Source of the DNA: Ferruginibacter sp.
GTDB lineage: Bacteria; Bacteroidota; Bacteroidia; Chitinophagales; Chitinophagaceae
Reading direction: 5' to 3'
NCBI GenBank assembly: GCA_030831725.1
Contig: JAURKN010000112.1
Span: 1 to 50,368, forward strand
DNA length: 50,368 nucleotides
In this document: positions 29,021 to 37,097 of the stretch, in pieces
Numbering within the stretch: position 1 is the stretch's first letter
How the letters are laid out: each line of letters opens with the position of its first letter
Program-made: the position numbers and the translations under genes
Notes under the pieces: model-generated
What the model saw: the letters and a program-made list of their open reading frames with translations, nothing else
Database searches by the model: none
Told to the model about the DNA's origin: nothing

Positions 29021-29668
29021 ATGACCAAAAAAGAGCGATACCAGGCGGTAATAGAGTACTTCAGCCAGCACATTCCAGAAGCCGAAACAGAATTAGCCTA
29101 CAGAAATGAATTTGAACTGCTGGTGGCCGTCGTGCTTTCTGCCCAATGCACCGACAAAAGGGTAAACCTGGTGACTCCCCCATTATTTAAAAAATATCCT
29201 GATGCTCAAACGATGAGCAAAGCCAGTTTTGATGATATTTTTGGACTGATCAGAAGCATTTCCTATCCCAACAACAAAACAAAGCATCTGATGGGACTTT
29301 CATCGATGCTTTTAGAGAAATATGGGGGCAAAGTCCCTATGACTGTAGAAGAATTGGTGGCTTTACCAGGGGTTGGAAGAAAAACGGCAAATGTGATCAC
29401 CTCGGTCATAGACCATCAACCGAATATGGCAGTGGATACACACGTTTTTCGGGTGAGTGCAAGAATCGGATTAACGACCAGTGCAACCACACCATTGGCC
29501 ACTGAGAAACAGCTGATCCAACACATCCCCAAAGAACTCGTTCATAAGGCACATCATTGGCTGATACTCCACGGTAGATATGTCTGTTTGGCCAGAAATC
29601 CAAAATGTGATCAATGTGGGATTCAAAATGCCTGTAAATTTTTCACTAAGAATCGTATTGATTTTTAA
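29021..29668 (+). CDS. nth: Endonuclease III
   Basis: LSAQCTDKRVN, LPGVGRKTAN, AVDTHVFR, CLARNPKCDQCGIQNAC Fe-S motif. Confidence 0.98.
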   Translation: MTKKERYQAVIEYFSQHIPEAETELAYRNEFELLVAVVLSAQCTDKRVNLVTPPLFKKYPDAQTMSKASFDDIFGLIRSISYPNNKTKHLMGLSSMLLEKYGGKVPMTVEELVALPGVGRKTANVITSVIDHQPNMAVDTHVFRVSARIGLTTSATTPLATEKQLIQHIPKELVHKAHHWLILHGRYVCLARNPKCDQCGIQNACKFFTKNRIDF

Positions 29669-29734
29669 TTTTTGGATGTTTTTTCTTATTTTGTAGCCGA
29701 TTTTACTCATTCGTTACACCCGGATCTGAAAATT

Positions 29735-30673
29735 ATGTTGATGAGAAGACTAAATTCATTCCTGATTCTATTTTTAGCTTTGAGTTTCAGCTCAAAACAA
29801 ACAAAAGCGCAGTACTATTTCTTTGACGACCAATTCTATGATAATCCGGTCGTTTTTGAACTGGGAGGAAACATCGGTACCATGAATTGCCTGACCGATT
29901 TGGGTGGCAATCAGGGTATTGGAAAAAAATTCGTTAAGGACCTTAATTACGGGAAGCAAACGCTTTGCGGAGGTATCAGTTTTTCTGCTAGTTTCAAAAA
30001 TGCGATTACGGCAAGACTGGAGGCCAATTTTGGAAAAGTAGCCGCTGATGATGCCGTATTGTCTAGTGTTCCCGAGAGTGACATCGCCCGTCGCAGATTC
30101 AATAGAAATCTGAACTTTCAATCTAAGATTACAGAATTCAGTTTGGTTACAGAATTCCATCCCTTCTTTCTTTTTGTGGATTGGTCACTCAAAGATCAAG
30201 ATCCTCCACGCTTCTCTCCTTACGTGGCAGGTGGGATAGGATTCTACTCTTTCAACCCACAAGCGAAAATAGAAAACAGGTTGATCGACTTGCAACCATT
30301 ATCTACCGAAGGACAAGGATTGAAAGAATATCCTGATAAGCAACCTTATAAGTTGAAGCAATTCAATTTCCCTGTTGGAGGTGGTCTACGTTACGAGCTT
30401 TCTCCACTCATTACTCTTCGTGCTGAATTGCTTTACAGAATTTTAACTACAGACTATTTAGATGATGTCAGTGGAAATTATATCGACCCTGAAAAATATG
30501 CGTTGAATGGATTTACCGGTGTCAGATTGGCTAATGCGCTTGCATTGAACAACAGAGAAATAAACGGACAAGACACTAAGCCAGGTGGTAAGAGAGGAAG
30601 TCCATTACAGAACGACGGATACTTCAGTTTTCAATTCAAAGTATCTCTTTCACTCAGAGAGCGTATCAAATAA
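29735..30673 (+). CDS. Outer-membrane beta-barrel protein (DUF6089/PorT-like family)
   Basis: Signal peptide ..TKAQ; RNLNFQS, LQPLSTEGQG, TDYLDDVSG, RGSPLQND.Y; amphipathic terminal strand. Confidence 0.75.
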   Translation: MLMRRLNSFLILFLALSFSSKQTKAQYYFFDDQFYDNPVVFELGGNIGTMNCLTDLGGNQGIGKKFVKDLNYGKQTLCGGISFSASFKNAITARLEANFGKVAADDAVLSSVPESDIARRRFNRNLNFQSKITEFSLVTEFHPFFLFVDWSLKDQDPPRFSPYVAGGIGFYSFNPQAKIENRLIDLQPLSTEGQGLKEYPDKQPYKLKQFNFPVGGGLRYELSPLITLRAELLYRILTTDYLDDVSGNYIDPEKYALNGFTGVRLANALALNNREINGQDTKPGGKRGSPLQNDGYFSFQFKVSLSLRERIK

Positions 30674-30709
30674 TTTTTTTGATTTTAATTTTGATTTTGG
30701 TTGAGGTCA

Positions 30710-32560
30710 TCAGGAATGCAACATTTCACTGATGGTTTCAACCAATTCTTTTTTGGTCAATGGAACCCCCATGATTTTGTTATACCCTTTCGCATCCACC
30801 AAAAATTGGTCTCGGATTATACGAATCAACTGGCCGTTATTTAATTCAGGAACCAGTACCTTTTCAAAATTGGAAATGATTTCGCCCAGATTTTTAGGGA
30901 AAGGACGAATGTATTTGAGGTGTGCGTGTGAAACAGACATGCCTTGTGCCTGTAGTTCGATACAAGCTGATTTGATTGCTCCATAAGTACTGCCCCATCC
31001 CAACACAAGAACTTTTCCTTTTTCAGGGCCACTATCCAGTTTTTGTTCAGGAATATAATCAGCGACCTTGTCTACTTTTTCTTGTCTGATTTTCACCATG
31101 GTCTGGTGATTGGATGGATCGTAGCTGATATTTCCAGTTATGTTTTGTTTTTCCAATCCGCCAATGCGATGTTCCAGACCTGCGGTACCCGGTATAACCC
31201 AGGCTCGGGCTCCTTTTTCATCACGGGCATAAGGTTGATATGGAGATTCAGTAAAGTTGGCGGTCGACTTGAATTCGAATTTTATTTCCGGCAAATCTGC
31301 TGCAGATGGGTATTTCCAAGGCTCAGCACCATTTGCGATATATCCATCGCTGAGTAAAATGACAGGCGTCATGTGTTGTATGGCGATACGGACAGCCTCA
31401 AAAGCCATCTCGAAGCAATCGCTCGGTGTGGAGGAGGCAATCACCGGAATAGGACACTCCCCGTTTCTTCCGTAGTATGCTTGGAGCAAATCACTCTGTT
31501 CTGTTTTGGTAGGCAAACCTGTACTTGGTCCTCCTCTTTGAATATTGCAAATGACCAAAGGAATTTCGAGCATGACTGCTAGACCCATGGCTTCTGTTTT
31601 TAATGCCATACCTGGTCCTGATGTGGTTGTAACGCCCAAATTTCCTCCGTAGCTGGCACCAATGGCAGATGTGATGGCTGCAATCTCATCTTCGGCCTGA
31701 AAAGTTTTAATGCCAAATGATTTATGGCGACTAAGTTCATGCAATATGTCGGAAGCCGGAGTAATCGGATAACTTCCTAGAAAAAGAGTGAGTCCCGATT
31801 TTTGAGCGGCAGCGATCAACCCATACGCAAGTGCCTGATTGCCCATGATGGAACGATATTTTCCGGAAGGCATTTTGGCTTTGGCCACTTCATAGCGGGA
31901 AGAAAAAGTTTCAGTTGTATCTCCAAAATGATAGCCCGCTTTTAAAGCAAGCACATTACTTTCGAGGATATCGGCCCTTTTATTGAATTTCTCTTCCAAA
32001 AAGCGAATGGTGTTATCCATGCTTCTGTTGTACATCCAATACAAGAAGCCAAGAACGAACATATTTTTAGCGCGGTCCTTCTCTTTAGTGCCAAGTGTAA
32101 AAGACTTCAGCGCCTCGCGTGTCATTTTGGTCACATCCATTTTAATGACTTCGTACCCGTCGAGACTATTGTCATCCATGGGATTGACACCATCGGGATA
32201 GTTGGCCAGTCTGAGGTTTTTGGCATCAAAACCATCTGTGTTTATGATGATTTTTCCACCTTTTTTCAGCGAAGACAGATTCACTTTCAATGCGGCAGCA
32301 TTCATGGCAACCAGCACATCACATTCATCACCCGGAGTGAAAATGCGGTCGCTGCTAAAACGAAGCTGAAAGCCGCTGACACCGGGCAGGGTGCCGATCG
32401 GAGCACGGATTTCGGCAGGAAAATCCGGAAATGTGGCAAGATCCAATCCCAGCAAAGCGGAGTTGTTGGTGAACTGTGTACCTGTCAACTGCATACCATC
32501 ACCACTATCACCCGCGAATTTTATAACTACTTCCTGAAGTATTGCTGGATTTTCACTCAT
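30710..32560 (-). CDS. korA: 2-oxoacid:ferredoxin oxidoreductase alpha subunit (gamma-alpha fusion)
   Basis: FAGDSGDGMQLTG, YPITPAS, QAEDEIA, TSGPG, QRGGPSTGLPTK, GWGST, ELNNGQL. Confidence 0.95.
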   Translation of the reverse strand: MSENPAILQEVVIKFAGDSGDGMQLTGTQFTNNSALLGLDLATFPDFPAEIRAPIGTLPGVSGFQLRFSSDRIFTPGDECDVLVAMNAAALKVNLSSLKKGGKIIINTDGFDAKNLRLANYPDGVNPMDDNSLDGYEVIKMDVTKMTREALKSFTLGTKEKDRAKNMFVLGFLYWMYNRSMDNTIRFLEEKFNKRADILESNVLALKAGYHFGDTTETFSSRYEVAKAKMPSGKYRSIMGNQALAYGLIAAAQKSGLTLFLGSYPITPASDILHELSRHKSFGIKTFQAEDEIAAITSAIGASYGGNLGVTTTSGPGMALKTEAMGLAVMLEIPLVICNIQRGGPSTGLPTKTEQSDLLQAYYGRNGECPIPVIASSTPSDCFEMAFEAVRIAIQHMTPVILLSDGYIANGAEPWKYPSAADLPEIKFEFKSTANFTESPYQPYARDEKGARAWVIPGTAGLEHRIGGLEKQNITGNISYDPSNHQTMVKIRQEKVDKVADYIPEQKLDSGPEKGKVLVLGWGSTYGAIKSACIELQAQGMSVSHAHLKYIRPFPKNLGEIISNFEKVLVPELNNGQLIRIIRDQFLVDAKGYNKIMGVPLTKKELVETISEMLHS

Positions 32561-32694
32561 GATTCTTCTGTTGTTCCTTGCCGGTAAATCCGACATACAA
32601 ATTTACACCATAAGCCGCATTTTGTTCAGATAAATATTCTTTGGAAAGCGTAATGTTTTCAACGCATTGTTTTAGGTTTGTAAAAACCTCGAAT

Positions 32695-33825
32695 ATGTCG
32701 GATTTACAAGATTTTTTAACGCCCATCGATCCCGCTGCCCTGTTTGGCGAAACCATTTTTACAGACGGACAATTTGGAAAGAAAATAAACGCATACCACA
32801 ACTCTTTTCCTGATTTGGAAAATGTCGACCTTGTTATTTTGGGAATTGGAGAAAGAAGAGGAAAGGGTATCGCTTTCGGTTACAGTGATGCTCCGGATGA
32901 AATTCGCAAACAACTTTATTTCCTGCATGCATGGCATGATGATGTAGAGGTTGCCGACATAGGAAACGTAAAAATGGGCGCCACTCTAAATGATAGCTAT
33001 GCAGCCATGCAAACTGTGCTGAGAGACCTGATCGAAATGGGAAAAAAAGTATTGATTTTGGGCGGAAGTCACGACATCACGCAGGCGCAATATCAAGCAT
33101 ATAAATCAATGAGTCGGGTTGTCGAAGCTACCTGCATCGACGCTTCGATAGACCTCAGAGGAGACAGCATCATCAAAGACGAAAATTTTCTGTTAGAAAT
33201 GCTGACCTCAGAACCCAATTTCATCCGCCATTACAACCATATCGGATTTCAAAGCTATTTCGTACACCCAAGACTGTTGGAAACCCTCGACAAGTTGAAA
33301 TTTGATTGCCATAGACTCGGAGCCGTACGATCTGCGATAGAAGAAATGGAGCCCGTCATTCGAGGATCTCATTTTATCAGCTTCGACATATCTGCGATAA
33401 AACAAGGTGCCGCACCGGCAAACAGCATGAGTACCAACGGATTCGATGGAGAAGAAGCTTGTATCCTTACCCAATATGCCGGTTCAAGTACGAATATGTC
33501 CACCATTGGCATCTATGGCTATGATCCGGAAAACGACCATAGAAACCTGACCGCAAAACTCATCGCTCAAATGATTTGGTATCTCATTGATGGAATATCA
33601 AAATCCAAACACGAGGCTAGTCTCAACGATACTGGAGCTTTCAACGAATACTACACTCTTTTTGCCGAGGTAGACACCCTTTTCCTGCAAAGCAAAAGAA
33701 CAAAAAGATGGTGGATGAAATTGCCGAATAATGAATTCATCCCATGCAGTTACAGCGATTATCTATGTGCCAAAAACAACGATATGCCCGAAAGGTGGCT
33801 CAGGGCGCAGGAAAGAATGGATTGA
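32695..33825 (+). CDS. Arginase/formimidoylglutamase-fold protein
   Basis: PDEIRKQLY, ADIGN, LGGSHD, IDASID, SFDISAI, NGFDGEEAC, AQMIWY, RWW. Confidence 0.8.
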   Translation: MSDLQDFLTPIDPAALFGETIFTDGQFGKKINAYHNSFPDLENVDLVILGIGERRGKGIAFGYSDAPDEIRKQLYFLHAWHDDVEVADIGNVKMGATLNDSYAAMQTVLRDLIEMGKKVLILGGSHDITQAQYQAYKSMSRVVEATCIDASIDLRGDSIIKDENFLLEMLTSEPNFIRHYNHIGFQSYFVHPRLLETLDKLKFDCHRLGAVRSAIEEMEPVIRGSHFISFDISAIKQGAAPANSMSTNGFDGEEACILTQYAGSSTNMSTIGIYGYDPENDHRNLTAKLIAQMIWYLIDGISKSKHEASLNDTGAFNEYYTLFAEVDTLFLQSKRTKRWWMKLPNNEFIPCSYSDYLCAKNNDMPERWLRAQERMD

Positions 33826-33858
33826 TTGGTTTGACCCTTAATGCAATTGTCCTAGCTC

Positions 33859-35214
33859 ATGATTAGAAAAAAACAGTTTACTCCATGCTTGTTGTTGGCA
33901 ATAGCCAGCGTGTTGTTGATGGCTTCATGCTCCACGTCTGCTCTAGTTTCAAAAAAAACAAAAAATACATTACTATCCGACGCTCAAATAAAAAAAGCAC
34001 AGATCGGAATTAGTCTTTACGATCCGACTGAAAAAAAGTTTATTTATCAGCACCAAAGCGAAGATTATTTTGTGCCGGCGAGCACCGCAAAAATATTTAC
34101 CCTTTTCGCCGGAATGAAATATTTGGGGGATAGTCTTGTCGGCATTTATTACAAATCACAAAACGACAGCTTGTTTGTTCTACCGTCAGGGGATCCCACT
34201 TTTATGATGCCCGACTTCAATCCCCAGCCCGTTCATCGTTTTTTGAATGATGAAAAAAATAAGGTTGTTGTTTTAGATCGTGCATTACAGACTGATGCTT
34301 ACGGTAAGGGATGGACGATAGACGACATGAGTGAAAACTACATGCCTCAACGAAGCAGTTTTCCCATTTGGGGCAATCGGTTTACTACGGAGTGGATAAA
34401 AAAATACAATCCCGACTCCACATTTACCTACGACCTTGCCGCAATCAACAGCGACCTGCCGGAATACTCCATTTTTAAAAAATACGATACCTCAGTAGAA
34501 AAAAGCAGCATATTTCGCCAGATGGGCGGAAATCATGTTGAAGTGGTATTAAACGGAAAAGAGAACACCATCAAATTGTCTGTTCCCTTTGAAACCTTTG
34601 GCAATAAAACAGCGTTTCATATCTTAAAAAACACCTTGTATCATTCGCCAACATTCATTGATCATGCAAGTGTTGAAAAGAAAGAATACAAACCCCTCTA
34701 CAGTCAACCCACCGACTCTGTTCTCAAAAAAATGATGTACCGCAGTGACAATTTTATTGCCGAGCAAATATTGTTGATGGCGGCGGATCAGGCTTTGAAT
34801 GAATTGAATGAAAAAAAATTGATTGATACTTTATTGAAAAACGAATTGAAAGATTTGCCTCAAAAGCCAAGATGGGTGGATGGCAGCGGACTGAGCAGGT
34901 ACAATCTTTTTACCCCAAACGATGAGGTTTATATGTTAGACCGCATGATTTCAGAATTTGGAACAGCACGATTGGAAAAAATATTCCCAACAGGAGGATA
35001 TGGCACCTTGAAAAATATGTTCAACAAAGAATCAGGTAAAATATTTGCCAAAACGGGATCAATGGGAAATGTGTATTGCTTGAGTGGATGGTATTACAAT
35101 AAAAAAAATCAACCCATTTTATTTTCGGTTATGATCAACAATCATGTGGGAGATTTTTCAATACTCAAAAAAACGGTCGCCGATTGGATTTGCGACATGA
35201 TGAAAAAAAATTAA
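33859..35214 (+). CDS. dacB: D-alanyl-D-alanine carboxypeptidase/endopeptidase (PBP4, peptidase S13), lipoprotein
   Basis: PASTAK (SxxK), SGDPT, SDNFIAE, DGSGLSRYN, AKTGSM; lipobox MASC. Confidence 0.93.
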   Translation: MIRKKQFTPCLLLAIASVLLMASCSTSALVSKKTKNTLLSDAQIKKAQIGISLYDPTEKKFIYQHQSEDYFVPASTAKIFTLFAGMKYLGDSLVGIYYKSQNDSLFVLPSGDPTFMMPDFNPQPVHRFLNDEKNKVVVLDRALQTDAYGKGWTIDDMSENYMPQRSSFPIWGNRFTTEWIKKYNPDSTFTYDLAAINSDLPEYSIFKKYDTSVEKSSIFRQMGGNHVEVVLNGKENTIKLSVPFETFGNKTAFHILKNTLYHSPTFIDHASVEKKEYKPLYSQPTDSVLKKMMYRSDNFIAEQILLMAADQALNELNEKKLIDTLLKNELKDLPQKPRWVDGSGLSRYNLFTPNDEVYMLDRMISEFGTARLEKIFPTGGYGTLKNMFNKESGKIFAKTGSMGNVYCLSGWYYNKKNQPILFSVMINNHVGDFSILKKTVADWICDMMKKN

Positions 35215-35216
35215 CC

Positions 35217-37037
35217 CTATTTCCCAAACATCCTGTCCATCTCTTCGGTACCGAATCTGATTTGTGTGGGCCTTCCGTTAGGACTGCTTCCCGGCGTCTG
35301 ACAGGCATATAGTTGTTCCATGAGATGCTTCATTTCTTTTTGACTGAGCGCCATTCCCGGTTTTACGGCATGCTGAAACGCCATAGCCCGCATTAATTTT
35401 TCCTTTTTGTCGTATTTGAGATCGCTGGTGAAATGCTTGTATTGTTCAAGCATCTGTTCGATGGATCGTTGTTCATTTCCGGTCAATACATCAGCCGGTG
35501 TGCCCTGTATCACAAAAGTGTTTTTCCCAAAAGGCTCAAGTTGATATCCCAGATCCAGGAGTTCCGGCAAAAGCTCTTCCAACAGTGCCGCATCAGACGG
35601 ACTCAATTCCAGTGTAGCAGGGAACAGACTTTGCTGAGAAGAAATGGGCTTTTTTGTCATGGCTTCAACGTATGATTCATACAGAACCCTTTCATGGGCG
35701 AGCTGCTGATGAACCACAGTAAGTTGGTCCTGATGTTGAAACACGATATAGGTCTTGTTCCATTGCATCAGATTCATTTCGGAAAAATCGTAACCCGGTA
35801 ATTGTTCTGATTTGAACACCGGATTGGAAACAGTTTGTTCAACAGGGATTTGCTCAGGCTCATAGAAATCTTTCCAGTTGGCTAGATTGGATGAACCCTC
35901 AATGAAATGCGCTTGCCCTTTTTGGGTAAAGCTTTGATAAAGTCCGGAGGCGGAAGTACGTTCTTGTTTTTCTTCTGTGAAGGGTTTACGAATGGCGTCT
36001 AGCTGTTCGATACGGGGATCCAGTTCGAAATCCAAGGTAGGCGTGATGCTGAATTGCGCCAGTGCATGTTTGACAGCTGACTGCACAAAAGCATACACGA
36101 TTTTTTCATCCTCAAATTTGATTTCCTGTTTGGTGGGATGAACATTGATATCCAGTTGGGCGGGATCCAAGTCGATGAACAAGGCGTACATGGGAAAACT
36201 GTCTTTGGGTAACAGATCCGAGTATGCGCTGCTGATGGCATGATTGAGATAAGCGCTTTTTATGAAACGGCTGTTGACAAATAGAAACTGATCGCCTCTT
36301 GTTTTTTTTGCAGCATCCGGCTTACCTACAAAACCGGAGATGTTTAAATAATCGGTGTCTTGCAGAACCGGAACAAGTTTTGTTTGATATGTGTTGCCCA
36401 GCAATTGAACCAGTCTTTGTTTGAGGTTTCCTTTTTCGAGATGGAATACCTCCTGTCCGTTTGAATACATGGAAAAGAAAATCTGAGGGAAAGCCATAGC
36501 CACCCTGGTAAATTCATCCATGATATTTTTAAGTTCGGCAGTGTTGCTTTTAAGAAAATTCCTTCTGGCGGGCACATTGAAAAATAGATTTTTCATGGCA
36601 ATGCTTGTACCCGGATTATGTGCCACGGGCTCCTGAAGCAAAACCTCGCTGTTTTCGATTTCGATATACGTTCCACCCGGATCTTCCGCTCTTCTTGTTT
36701 TTAATTCCACCCTTGCAACCGCAGCAATACTGGCCAATGCCTCCCCTCTGAAACCCATGGTTTTTATTTGAAACAGGTCGTCTATTCGACTGATTTTTGA
36801 AGTGGCGTGACGCTCAAAAGCCATTCTGGCATCCGTTTCGCTCATCCCTTTTCCGTTATCAATCACCTGAATCAAAGATTTGCCTGCATCGGTCACTATC
36901 AGTTTGATTTCATCCGCTCCGGCATCAACTGCATTTTCCAGCAATTCCTTCACGGCACTGCCCGGGCGTTGTATAACCTCACCTGCAGCTATCTGGTTTG
37001 CAATATTGTCGGGCAATAAATGGATGATATCTCTCAA
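35217..37037 (-). CDS. mutL: DNA mismatch repair protein MutL
   Basis: NQIAAGEVIQRP, KELLENAVDAG, HATSKI, GFRGEALASI, DINVHPTKQE. TTG start inferred at 37037, downstream of a TACATTTG element. Confidence 0.97.
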   Translation of the reverse strand: MRDIIHLLPDNIANQIAAGEVIQRPGSAVKELLENAVDAGADEIKLIVTDAGKSLIQVIDNGKGMSETDARMAFERHATSKISRIDDLFQIKTMGFRGEALASIAAVARVELKTRRAEDPGGTYIEIENSEVLLQEPVAHNPGTSIAMKNLFFNVPARRNFLKSNTAELKNIMDEFTRVAMAFPQIFFSMYSNGQEVFHLEKGNLKQRLVQLLGNTYQTKLVPVLQDTDYLNISGFVGKPDAAKKTRGDQFLFVNSRFIKSAYLNHAISSAYSDLLPKDSFPMYALFIDLDPAQLDINVHPTKQEIKFEDEKIVYAFVQSAVKHALAQFSITPTLDFELDPRIEQLDAIRKPFTEEKQERTSASGLYQSFTQKGQAHFIEGSSNLANWKDFYEPEQIPVEQTVSNPVFKSEQLPGYDFSEMNLMQWNKTYIVFQHQDQLTVVHQQLAHERVLYESYVEAMTKKPISSQQSLFPATLELSPSDAALLEELLPELLDLGYQLEPFGKNTFVIQGTPADVLTGNEQRSIEQMLEQYKHFTSDLKYDKKEKLMRAMAFQHAVKPGMALSQKEMKHLMEQLYACQTPGSSPNGRPTQIRFGTEEMDRMFGK

Positions 37038-37097
37038 AATCTTGTAATTTGGGCAACAAATGTAACCATTCCCCTTCACTATTATTTTCTGACCCTC

